Positions 9,030-17,766 of a stretch of 64,000 nucleotides of DNA are shown here, one piece after another; the stretch's first letter is position 1, and each line of letters opens with the position of its first letter. The stretch covers positions 20,326 to 84,325 of the forward strand of contig DATBKD010000053.1 in assembly GCA_036556025.1 (NCBI GenBank), written 5' to 3'. The stretch is from Gemmatimonadales bacterium. GTDB lineage: Bacteria > Gemmatimonadota > Gemmatimonadetes > Gemmatimonadales > GWC2-71-9. The notes beneath the pieces are model-generated. The model searched no databases. It worked only from the letters and a program-made list of their open reading frames with translations, and was not told where the DNA came from. The translations under genes and the position numbers were made by a program.

Positions 9030-9036
9030 GGCCTAG

Positions 9037-9849
9037 ATGACGGCCAACCCGCGCGCCTCTCTCCGAGGCGCCACGTCTCACGCGGCGGTTGCCGCCCTGG
9101 CGCTGATTATCGGGGCGGCCGGGGCCCATTCGTACCGGCGCATGCTGCCGCCCGCTCCTACCACGCACGGCGAATGGGTGCACATCAAGCGTGGAGCCGA
9201 CTCCATCCGGGCCTACGTCGCCTACCCGGAGCGCAAGACCAAGGCGCCGGCTGTGATCGTGATTCATGAAATCTTCGGCCTGACCAAATGGGAGCCGACC
9301 GTGGCCGACCGGCTGGCCAAGGAGGGCTACGTCGCCATCTTGCCTGATCTCCTCTCCTCGAAATACGGCATCACGCCGCCCGATCCTGATTCGGGGCGCA
9401 AGCTGATCGAGGCGCTCGAGCCCGACCGGATCACCGCCGATCTGAACGCGACCTACTCGTACGTGAATGGCCTGCCCGCTGTGCTCAAGGATCGGGTGGG
9501 GACCATCGGGTTCTGCTGGGGAGGAGGCCAGAGCTTCCGTTATGCCACCAACAACCCCAACCTCCGCGCGACCGTGGTGTGCTATGGGCCCCCGCCCGAC
9601 ACTGCGTCAATGCGGCGGATCAAGGCGCCGGTACTCGGCATCTATGGCGAGAACGACGCGCGTATCACCACCACCCTTCCCGAGGTGAGCGCCGCCATGG
9701 AAGCCGACGGCAAGACGTTCGCCCACGAGGTCTTCCCCGGCACGGGCCACGGGTTCCTCAAGCCGGGGCGCGAGGGCTCGGACGGGCCGCAGGTGGAGCG
9801 GGCGTGGAAGCGAATTCTGGAGTTTTACCGGGCCCGCCTGGGGAAGTGA
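9037..9849 (+). CDS. Dienelactone hydrolase family protein
   Basis: VIVIHEIFGL, nucleophile region GFCWGGG, C-terminal GTGHGF. Typical DLH layout with a signal peptide. Confidence 0.85.
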   Translation: MTANPRASLRGATSHAAVAALALIIGAAGAHSYRRMLPPAPTTHGEWVHIKRGADSIRAYVAYPERKTKAPAVIVIHEIFGLTKWEPTVADRLAKEGYVAILPDLLSSKYGITPPDPDSGRKLIEALEPDRITADLNATYSYVNGLPAVLKDRVGTIGFCWGGGQSFRYATNNPNLRATVVCYGPPPDTASMRRIKAPVLGIYGENDARITTTLPEVSAAMEADGKTFAHEVFPGTGHGFLKPGREGSDGPQVERAWKRILEFYRARLGK

Positions 9850-10622
9850 GTAGGTCGTCATCGACAGCTGCGCTCGGGATGGCGGTGGCGATCGGGCTGC
9901 TCTCGAGCTGCGAACCGACTCTCCCGCCGCTTCGCGGGGCCCTCACTATCGGTGGCGAGAGCTACGTCATCTTCGTGGCCGGCACGTCACCGGCCGGCGG
10001 TGATCTCTACGCGGTAGGAACAGATGGAGGACCCGCGGTGCAGGTCACCTTTACCACCGTGGGGGAGATGCAGCCGGAGCTCTCACCTGACGGACGCGCG
10101 GTCGCCTTCCTGCGAGGCGCCTCCCTGCGCGACTCCACCCCGGGCTCGGTCTGGGTGCTGGACCTGCTCACCGGCGCCGATCGCGAGCTGTCGCTCCCGA
10201 CAGGGTCGGCCACTCCCCGCCGGGTCGGATGGGCGCCAAACGGCGCTTCGGTGGTGGTGCGCACTGACAACGGACTCTATCGCCTCGGCGCCCCGCCAAG
10301 ACCGGCGAACCCGGCCGCCATTTCGGGCGCCGGCCGCGTGGCGGCGGAGTCGAGTCTGTCCGTGCTCCTGGGAAGCCCGGTTTTTGCGCGGGTCGTCCCC
10401 TGCGCCGAACCCGGAGCACTCTGCGTGGCCGGCGATACCGGCGCACCCGGCCCACTGGCACGGAGCGCACGCGACGCGCTGCGGTGGGGAACCGATTCGG
10501 TTGCTTTCCTGATCGGTGATCAGCTCGAGGTCCGGCCGCTCGGCCCGGGCCGGGCCCGGCGGTTGCTGTGGTCAGGCTTTCCCGGTCACCCTCGGCAGCC
10601 GACCGCGTTCATCACGCCTTGA
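9846..10622 (+). CDS. Lipoprotein with TolB-like (PD40/WD40-like) beta-propeller repeats
   Basis: GTGA overlap with the DLH stop. Signal VSRSSSTAALGMAVAIGLLSSC. The motif PELSPDGRAVAF is PD40-like. An alternative ATG is at 9879. The 9579 start in the track overlaps the DLH gene and is rejected. Confidence 0.65.
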   Translation: MSRSSSTAALGMAVAIGLLSSCEPTLPPLRGALTIGGESYVIFVAGTSPAGGDLYAVGTDGGPAVQVTFTTVGEMQPELSPDGRAVAFLRGASLRDSTPGSVWVLDLLTGADRELSLPTGSATPRRVGWAPNGASVVVRTDNGLYRLGAPPRPANPAAISGAGRVAAESSLSVLLGSPVFARVVPCAEPGALCVAGDTGAPGPLARSARDALRWGTDSVAFLIGDQLEVRPLGPGRARRLLWSGFPGHPRQPTAFITP

Positions 10623-11205
10623 TGGCATCCCAGGCGGCCTGGAGCGTCAGCGTCGCCTGAGCGCTGTCGGGCAACCATTCCCTGGCGCCGACCCGTTCGG
10701 TGGCAAAACTGACCAGCGCGAGCCACACCTCGGTCCACAGCTCCGCGGGCCCCTGACGGACCAGCGCGTCGGATTTTCCTCCCGCCACCACCTGCTGCAA
10801 CGCCGCTCGAAACTCGCGGGACGACTCCCGGCTCCGCTCATCAAGATGCTGCTCGTCCCGGGCGCGGAGCAGCATTCTCACCAGGGCCGGATCGTGGGCC
10901 GCGGCGTCCAGGAGCCGCCGCGCAATCCGCGACAGCCGCTCGGGCGCGCGCAGCCCGCGCTCGGCCTCGGGCTCGTTTACGGTCGCGGCCCCCCAGCGCT
11001 GCGCCTCGCGATAGACCTCGTTCAGGAGGTGTTCCTTGCCGCTGAAGTGGCGATAGATGGTGCCTTCGGCGACGCCGGCCCGGGCCGCAATCGCAGGAGT
11101 GGTGGTAGCCCGAAATCCGATCGTGGTATAGAGCTCGAGCGCCGAGCGGAGCAGCCGCTGGCGGGTGGCCTCACCGTCTCGCCGTGAAGGCGTCGGACCG
11201 GACAT
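10612..11205 (-). CDS. TetR family transcriptional regulator
   Basis: N-terminal HTH TRQRLLRSALELYTTIGFRATTTPAIAARAGVAEGTIYRHF. Start at internal ATG (cat 11203-11205). Divergent from the saccharopine dehydrogenase-like gene. Confidence 0.9.
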   Translation of the reverse strand: MSGPTPSRRDGEATRQRLLRSALELYTTIGFRATTTPAIAARAGVAEGTIYRHFSGKEHLLNEVYREAQRWGAATVNEPEAERGLRAPERLSRIARRLLDAAAHDPALVRMLLRARDEQHLDERSRESSREFRAALQQVVAGGKSDALVRQGPAELWTEVWLALVSFATERVGAREWLPDSAQATLTLQAAWDAIKA

Positions 11206-11291
11206 GGGTGAGAAACTAAACGGTTGAAGCCGCCCCTCCATCCCGGGTATCTTGCAAGGCTTTGTCTTTTCACTTTTTGACGGGGTCGGCA

Positions 11292-12434
11292 ATGAAAGTG
11301 GTGGTCCTCGGAGCGGGCCTGCAGGGCTGCGCGTGCGCCTACGATCTTCTCCAGAATCCGGCGGTAACCCAGGTGACTCTGGCCGATTTGCGGCCTGCAG
11401 CTCTGCCTCCGTTCCTGGCGGGAGATTGGGGAGGGCGCTTGCGACCGATCCAGCTGGACGTGACCGATGGCACCGCGGTACGCCAGACGCTGCGGGGCAA
11501 TGCCGCGGTGATGAGCGCGATCCCGTACTACTACAACGAGCCGATGGCCGCGGCAGCCGTGGACGTAGGTTGCCACTTTTCCGATCTCGGGGGCAACACC
11601 GAGATCGTGTTCGCCCAGAAGAAGCTGCACCAGGAGGCGCTCTCCAAGGGCATATCGGTGGTTCCGGACTGCGGCCTGGCGCCGGGGATGGTCAACATTC
11701 TGGCCGCGGAAGGCATCCGGCGGCTGGATCGAGCTTCGACGGTAAAGGTGTACGTCGGAGGACTGCCGCAGAATCCGGAGCCGCCGCTCAATTATCAGAT
11801 TGTCTACTCGCTGGAAGGCGCGCTCGACTACTACACGACGCCATCCTGGGTCCTTCGCGGCGGCAAGCCGGTGCAGGTGGACGCGCTCAGCGATCTCGAG
11901 TCGGTCGAATTCCCCCGCCCGGTCGGAACGCTCGAGGCATTCCACACCGGTGGGGGCATCAGCACCCTTCCGTTCGCGTACGAGGGGAAAGTGGACGTCA
12001 TGGAGTACAAGACGCTCCGCTACCCAGGCCACGCGTCGGTCATGCGTCCGATCCGGGAGCTCGGGCTGCTCGATCTCCAGCCGATCGAGGTCAAGGGACA
12101 GTCGGTGGTGCCGCGAGATTTCTTTATCGCCGCGGTGAGACCCAAGCTCTACAAACCCCAAGGGCGCGACCTGGTGGCGCTCCAGGTCCAGGTGACGGGA
12201 CAGCAGGACGGGAAGTCTGCCCGGGTCGGGTTCCGTCTGATCGATCGTTACGACGCGGAGCACGGCATCAGCGCGATGATGCGCACCACCGGCTATTCTC
12301 TCTCGATCACCGGCCAAATGCAGGCCGATGGCCGGGTGACGGCCAAGGGCGTGCACACCCCCGACGAGGCGATTCCGTTCCAGCCCTATATCTCCGAACT
12401 GGCCAAGCGCGGCATCCGGATCGAGGAACTTTAA
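11292..12434 (+). CDS. Saccharopine dehydrogenase family oxidoreductase
   Basis: Rossmann N-terminus MKVVVLGAGLQGCACAYDL. Conserved DCGLAPGMVN and the C-terminal Sacchrp_dh_C-like region. Confidence 0.8.
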   Translation: MKVVVLGAGLQGCACAYDLLQNPAVTQVTLADLRPAALPPFLAGDWGGRLRPIQLDVTDGTAVRQTLRGNAAVMSAIPYYYNEPMAAAAVDVGCHFSDLGGNTEIVFAQKKLHQEALSKGISVVPDCGLAPGMVNILAAEGIRRLDRASTVKVYVGGLPQNPEPPLNYQIVYSLEGALDYYTTPSWVLRGGKPVQVDALSDLESVEFPRPVGTLEAFHTGGGISTLPFAYEGKVDVMEYKTLRYPGHASVMRPIRELGLLDLQPIEVKGQSVVPRDFFIAAVRPKLYKPQGRDLVALQVQVTGQQDGKSARVGFRLIDRYDAEHGISAMMRTTGYSLSITGQMQADGRVTAKGVHTPDEAIPFQPYISELAKRGIRIEEL

Positions 12435-12437
12435 TGG

Positions 12438-12992
12438 ATGGAATCCGGTTCTGACGGCATGCTGGATTTCAAGACGCTTTGGGAGAAGGGGTACACCTTC
12501 GAGGAGTTCCTGGCCAACAGTACCAAGCACCGCGGTCTGTGGGAGGGGATTCACCAGCTGGCCCGGATTCCGGAATGGGCCATCAGCGCGGTGCAGGCCG
12601 GCCAACAGCGGAAATTGCTGGTCGTTGCGGAGGACTGGTGCGGCGACGCATCCAGCACCGTGCCGGTCCTCGCTCGACTGGCGGAAGTTCTTCCCGGACT
12701 CGAGCTGCGCATCATCCTGCGAGATCAGAACCCCGAGGTGATGAACCGCTATCTCACCAACGGCTCACGCTCTATCCCCATCGTCATCGCGTTGGACGAG
12801 CGGATGCAGGAGGTAGGGCATTGGGGGCCGCGCCCTTCGGCGCTCCAGGCGTGGGTCATGGCCAATCTGCACACCATGGCCAAGGCCGAGTTGTATCCCC
12901 AGGTGCGAAAGTGGTATGCCCGTGATCAGGGCGAGACGACGATCCGAGAGGTACTCACCGCGGCGGGGTGGCCGCCCGCGATGGCGGCCTAG
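12438..12992 (+). CDS. Thioredoxin-like family protein
   Basis: LLVVAEDWCGDASSTVPVL resembles thioredoxin-fold proteins with a WCGD motif. Size and layout fit. Confidence 0.7.
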   Translation: MESGSDGMLDFKTLWEKGYTFEEFLANSTKHRGLWEGIHQLARIPEWAISAVQAGQQRKLLVVAEDWCGDASSTVPVLARLAEVLPGLELRIILRDQNPEVMNRYLTNGSRSIPIVIALDERMQEVGHWGPRPSALQAWVMANLHTMAKAELYPQVRKWYARDQGETTIREVLTAAGWPPAMAA

Positions 12993-14170
12993 AACATCCA
13001 GCCACTTCCCACCGAATAATTGAACCCGTCGGTGCCGCCGGCAAGGTTGAAGGTAAAGATGGTAGAGCGGAGAATGCGAAGCCCGATGCCGCCTCCGCCA
13101 CCCACCTTCATGTCCTTGGTCGTCAGCCTGAAGTCTTCCTGCTCGAAGACCCTCCCCGCGTCCATGAAGCCGAGCAGGGTGATAGCGCCGAGGTCGCCGA
13201 AGGGAAGGAGGTCGTGGCGGACTTCGAGGTTGAAGAACAGGGTTCCCTTGCCGGCGAAGCGTCCGGTGTCCAGGCTGCGGTGGGAATACGGGCCGCCCAA
13301 CACCGGGAGATGCCCCTCCCAGGTGGGCAGATCGTAGCGGGAGTTGAGCGTGGGAGTGCCTCCCATGCCTGAGCCGGCCAGGCGCACTGCGACCGTGGTG
13401 CCTTCGCGCGGCATGAGGTAGCCGCGCAGGACGACGTACAACCGGCTGTAGCTCTTCCCGCCGCCGTTTCCCACCTGGGCTCCGCCTTCCAGCAGCAGTC
13501 CCTGATGGGTGTTGTACTCGTTGTCCCTGGTGTCGTACACCAGCGCGAGCCGTCCGCCGCCATCGTCCTGCTCCAGCTCTCCCGAGGGCACATCGGCCGC
13601 GAAGGTCGAAGGGCCGGGAAGCGAGGTGAACCGCGACTGCTCCAGGCTTCCCTGCAACGCCACCATCAGGGGCCCCCGAATCCGTCGGGTGATCTCGACC
13701 ACGCCCGCGTACCGGGTGCGGCGCACCCGGTAGAGGAACGGGTCGCTGTCGTCCACCAGATCCTTGTCGTAGACCGCGGAGTTCCCGAGCCCGAAATAGC
13801 CGAACCGAACCAGCCGCTCTGCCCCCGCGATGGCGAAGAAACGCCAATTCTTTCGGAGCTGAGGCGCGCGGAATTCGACACCAACGTATCGGCTGCCGCG
13901 GAAAGAAATGCCCACACCCGCGGTGAGCGCCGCGTCTGCGGTAGAGCGGGCCTCGTAGTCGGCCGGCCGCCAATAGCGCACCCGAGCCGAGAACACCGGT
14001 CCGTCGTTGACCCCGCCCGAGAGGTAAGGGAAGTAGCTGAGGCGCCAGCGAGCGGCTGCGACTTCGGCCGTGTCCGAAGCTTGCAAAGGCAGTGCGGTGG
14101 TATCCGGAGTCTGGGCGGCGAGCGCAGGACCGTAGACGGCGGCCAGGAAAAGCAGGCCGAGCTTCTTCAT
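12989..14170 (-). CDS. Outer-membrane beta-barrel protein (Omp85/surface-antigen-like)
   Basis: Start MKKLGLLFLAAVYGPALAAQ (cat 14168-14170). Alternating beta-strand pattern. C-terminal ...GSGWMF with terminal Phe. The longer 14710 start has no signal peptide. Confidence 0.7.
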   Translation of the reverse strand: MKKLGLLFLAAVYGPALAAQTPDTTALPLQASDTAEVAAARWRLSYFPYLSGGVNDGPVFSARVRYWRPADYEARSTADAALTAGVGISFRGSRYVGVEFRAPQLRKNWRFFAIAGAERLVRFGYFGLGNSAVYDKDLVDDSDPFLYRVRRTRYAGVVEITRRIRGPLMVALQGSLEQSRFTSLPGPSTFAADVPSGELEQDDGGGRLALVYDTRDNEYNTHQGLLLEGGAQVGNGGGKSYSRLYVVLRGYLMPREGTTVAVRLAGSGMGGTPTLNSRYDLPTWEGHLPVLGGPYSHRSLDTGRFAGKGTLFFNLEVRHDLLPFGDLGAITLLGFMDAGRVFEQEDFRLTTKDMKVGGGGGIGLRILRSTIFTFNLAGGTDGFNYSVGSGWMF

Positions 14171-14318
14171 CAGGCAACCGCCCCCAGAGCTCCCAGGAAC
14201 GTTCGACGGGACTGGTTCTCCACCATCTCGCACTCCTCGGGCAGTCGGAGCGGAAAAAGACTGCCGGGATTTAGGTTGGCCGGTTGCGGATGTCAACGCC
14301 ACCCCAGACCTTTGAAGC

Positions 14319-14981
14319 GTGCTACAACGCTGGTTCGATGCCGCCCTCGAGTGGGCCGGATTGGACCACTCGACCGAAGAGCCGCTTCGCCTGGTGCGAC
14401 TGACGGCCGCCGTTGTTGCGTTGGCTGGGACCTGCCTTTCTCTCGCTCTCGGATGCAGCGGCGCCGAGCCGCGGGCGTTTGCCCTCATCGGGCCGCTGTG
14501 GGCGGTATATGGCCTGGTCGCCGGGGTGGCGACGGGGGTACTCGAGCCGGCCCTCGATGCGCTCGTCGGCATTCTGGGCGACGTCGGCCTGCGTCGGGCC
14601 GGCGGCGGATACTCGGCGATCGAGGCCATGATCGCCCGGGGTGAACTGGACGCCGCAGCTGAGGGGTACCGGGAGCGGGCCCGCAATCCGCTGGAGCGGA
14701 CCGAAGCCACGATTCGCCACGCTGCCCTCCTCGCGGGACCGCTGGATCAGCCGGAAAGCGCGGTCACCGAGCTGGATAATCTTCGGCACGGCCCGCTCTC
14801 GCCCCGGGACGAGTTTCGTGTCGGTCTCGCGCTGGTCGAGCTGTACCGCAACCGGCTGAGGGAGCCCGGCCGTGCGATGGGGGAACTGCGCCGTCTGATC
14901 GACCGTTACCCCGGAGAACCGGCGACAGCGCGGCTGCGGTCGATGCTGGCGGAAATGAAAGCAGTGAGAAGTGAGGAGTGA
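14319..14981 (+). CDS. Hypothetical membrane protein with a C-terminal helical (TPR-like) region
   Basis: Two hydrophobic segments followed by a helical Arg/Leu-rich region. GTG start. No family recognised. Confidence 0.55.
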   Translation: MLQRWFDAALEWAGLDHSTEEPLRLVRLTAAVVALAGTCLSLALGCSGAEPRAFALIGPLWAVYGLVAGVATGVLEPALDALVGILGDVGLRRAGGGYSAIEAMIARGELDAAAEGYRERARNPLERTEATIRHAALLAGPLDQPESAVTELDNLRHGPLSPRDEFRVGLALVELYRNRLREPGRAMGELRRLIDRYPGEPATARLRSMLAEMKAVRSEE

Positions 14982-14991
14982 GGAGTGAGCG
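14964..14991. repeat. Orphan purine-rich heptamer array GTGAGAA GTGAGGA GTGAGGA GTGAGCG
   Basis: Read directly. Stop TGA 14979-14981 lies inside unit 3. No complementary arm within the next 100 nt. Shares GTGAGGAGTGAGGAGT with the array at 59416-59431. Confidence 0.8.
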
Positions 14992-15004
14992 GGAGGAGGG
15001 GCCG

Positions 15005-15676
15005 ATGAGATCTGCCCTGCTGTTCTGGGATGTCGATACCCTCAACGACTTCATCTGGCCGGACGGTAAGCTCTACGTGCCCGGCAGCGAAGAGATCGTC
15101 CCGATCCTCGCCAGACTGACCGAGTTCGCCCACCAGCACCGGATTCCGATTCTGGCTTCGGCCGACAACCATGACCTCTCGGACCCGGAGATCAGCAGTA
15201 CGCCCGACTGGAAAACGACCTTCCCGCCACACTGCATGCGGGGAACGCGAGGCCAACTCAAGATCGCGGAAACGACCCTTCAGGACCCGATGGTGATCGA
15301 TCCGGAGCCGCGGGAGAAGAAGGCTTTCACCCGCGAGGTCCTGGCTCACCCGGGAGACTTTCTGGTCCGGAAACATTCCCTGGACGTCTTCAGCAACCCC
15401 AACACGGTCACCCTGGTCGAGGCGCTCGACCCGGACGCGATCGTGGTGTACGGCGTCGCCACTGATTTCTGCGTGAAGTGGGCGATCGAAGGCCTGCTTG
15501 CGCGCCTCCCGGGGAAGCGGATCTACCTCGTTACCGATTCGATACGTTCGATCTATCCGGACGAGGGGGATCAGCTGCTGGCGGGTTGGCAGAAGGCGGG
15601 TGCTCAGCTGATTTCCTCCTATCGGATTCTCAACCAGCACGCCCTCGATTCCTACTTGAGCACCCGGACGGTGTGA
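15005..15676 (+). CDS. Isochorismatase-family cysteine hydrolase (nicotinamidase-like)
   Basis: MRSALLFWDVDTLNDF (the D of the catalytic triad region), VVYGVATDFCV (catalytic Cys). The 14978 GTG start would translate the repeat array. Confidence 0.8.
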   Translation: MRSALLFWDVDTLNDFIWPDGKLYVPGSEEIVPILARLTEFAHQHRIPILASADNHDLSDPEISSTPDWKTTFPPHCMRGTRGQLKIAETTLQDPMVIDPEPREKKAFTREVLAHPGDFLVRKHSLDVFSNPNTVTLVEALDPDAIVVYGVATDFCVKWAIEGLLARLPGKRIYLVTDSIRSIYPDEGDQLLAGWQKAGAQLISSYRILNQHALDSYLSTRTV

Positions 15677-16097
15677 TCTATCGCACAGCGGCGCTGGTAC
15701 GTGGTTCTATCTTGCGCAACAGTGGAGGTGTGGGGAGCGGCGACTTGCGAGACGTCCGAACCAGCCCTGAGTCCCCTGCTCTGCGGCCGGATGAGCCGAA
15801 CCCAGAAATGCTTCCGCTGTGTGTCCCTTCAAATCCCCTCTTCTATTCTATCTCGCGGGAACGGGCCTTAGCGCCCGTTCCACCCACCTTTGGGTTCAGC
15901 AGGCAGCGATCTTCGAACGACATCGACTTTCTAATTGTAACCTGCAGCTAGAGTTACCCCCCGGGTGACGGGCTTCACAGGATCTCCTCCCACGGCTCAC
16001 AGCGGCTCGCGGCGGCTATTCGCATGCTGCAACATCGGGGTTGCACCCGATCCCGCGCTCGGCTCTGGCGGGACTTCCGTTCAACAGGGGGTGTGGA

Positions 16098-16718
16098 ATG
16101 TCGATCCTGAAGCTCGCCACGAGAGCCCCGGCGATTCTTGCCGCGGCCACACTGGTCAGCGCGATACCTCGACTGGCCGTGGCACAGGGGGGTCTCGAGC
16201 TGACTCCGTGGGCCGGCGCCTATATACCCACCCGGAACTCGTTCTCCCGTTTGGGAGGCGACGTGTTCAATCGGGACGTGAGTGTCATCGGAGGCGCAAG
16301 GCTGACGTTCTGGGGCAACAACTGGCTCGGCTTCGAGGCGACGGGGGGATACGCCCCGGCGAAGATCGGGGGCGAGACCATCAATGAGACTCGAACCGAT
16401 CTGCTCGCTGCCAGCGGTCGGTTGCTGCTTGGTGTCAGCCCAGCAACCAACCGCGTGGGCGTGTTCCTCGCGGCGGGCCCGGCACTTCTCACCCGGGGCA
16501 GCAATCCCTTCGATGACGATCGGAGCCGGACGGACTTCGGCGGCAACGCCGGCATCGGGTTCCGCTTTGCCCTGAATGATCGCGGATCCAGCGCGCTGAG
16601 GTTGGACTTCGAGGACTACCTGTATAACGGAGACTTCGGCGGCGGCGACAAGTTCCAGAACGATCTGGTCGCCTCCCTGGGCCTGTCGATCGGCCTTTCG
16701 GGACCGGGCCAGAGGTAG
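16098..16718 (+). CDS. Small outer-membrane beta-barrel (OmpW/OmpA-like porin family) protein
   Basis: Signal peptide MSILKLATRAPAILAAATLVSAIPRLAVAQ. Alternating Gly/aromatic beta-strand pattern. Confidence 0.7.
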   Translation: MSILKLATRAPAILAAATLVSAIPRLAVAQGGLELTPWAGAYIPTRNSFSRLGGDVFNRDVSVIGGARLTFWGNNWLGFEATGGYAPAKIGGETINETRTDLLAASGRLLLGVSPATNRVGVFLAAGPALLTRGSNPFDDDRSRTDFGGNAGIGFRFALNDRGSSALRLDFEDYLYNGDFGGGDKFQNDLVASLGLSIGLSGPGQR

Positions 16719-16761
16719 CTCCAAAGCAGGATGGCAATCCGAAGCTGAACCCGGGGCCGGA

Positions 16762-17766
16762 CTATCCCTCCCGTCGCACCTCGGTCGCCGCCTTGTCGTC
16801 GCGGAGGCCGAGGAAGCGAGGATGGCGAAGGAGGCCCGCGGAGGTCCATTCAGCAAAACCCACCTGGGCCACCAGGCGGGGCGATACCCATTGCACCGCA
16901 CCCGCCGGCCTGGGCCCTGGTGCGAAGGGGGAGGTTTGGCGGTGCAGGGGAGCGAGCCGCCGGTGGAGCTGCTCGAGCGTGATGCGATTGTAGCCGGTTC
17001 CGACTTTTCCCGCGTAGCGCAGAACGCCATTCTCGTAATACCCGACCAGCAGGGCGCCCAGCCACTCGCGGGATCCCTGAGGCGCGGTGTAGCCGCCGAT
17101 CACGAATTCCTGCTCATGGACGCACTTGATCTTGAGCCAGTCGGTGGACCGGGTGCTCAGGTAGCGACTGTCCGCCCGCTTGGCGATGATCCCTTCGGCC
17201 CCGCGAGCGCACGCGTCGCGGAACATCGCCGCGGACCCGCTGGTGCGGTACGGCGTGAACTTGATCGGGCCGTCGAACCAGACGACGTCGCGCAACACTG
17301 CCTTCCGGTCGATCAGCGGCAAGCCGGTGAGATCCACTCCCTCGTAGAACAGGCAGTCGAACAGGTACAGCTCGACGGGTACGCCGCTGCGCATGGCCCG
17401 GGCCGCGTCCCGCAGCTGCATGCGCTGTTGCAGCAAGGCAAAGCTGGAGATCTTCCGCTTCGGGTCGATGGCCACGATCTCGCCGTCGAGCACGGCGTTA
17501 CCTCGGACAGCACTTGCCAGGGCGCTTACCAGCTCGGGATAGGCCGCATTCAGGGGCTTCCGATTCCGGGACAAGAGCTGAACCTGGGACTCGTGGACGT
17601 GCACCTGAGCCCGCACCCCGTCGAGCTTGGGCTCGAACAGCCAATGCCCCGATGTCGGCCGGTGTTCCGTCAAGGTGGCGAGCATCGGGCCGACCCAAGC
17701 CGGCGCGGGCCGGTAACGCAGCCGGGACCGTGCGGTCTTGTCCAACCCTTTGAGCGAGCGGTTCAT
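16762..17766 (-). CDS. ligD: ATP-dependent DNA ligase (stand-alone LigD ligase domain)
   Basis: Adenylation motif FEPKLDGVR (KxDG). OB-fold C-terminal region. ATGA overlap with the upstream LigD polymerase-domain gene. Confidence 0.9.
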   Translation of the reverse strand: MNRSLKGLDKTARSRLRYRPAPAWVGPMLATLTEHRPTSGHWLFEPKLDGVRAQVHVHESQVQLLSRNRKPLNAAYPELVSALASAVRGNAVLDGEIVAIDPKRKISSFALLQQRMQLRDAARAMRSGVPVELYLFDCLFYEGVDLTGLPLIDRKAVLRDVVWFDGPIKFTPYRTSGSAAMFRDACARGAEGIIAKRADSRYLSTRSTDWLKIKCVHEQEFVIGGYTAPQGSREWLGALLVGYYENGVLRYAGKVGTGYNRITLEQLHRRLAPLHRQTSPFAPGPRPAGAVQWVSPRLVAQVGFAEWTSAGLLRHPRFLGLRDDKAATEVRREG

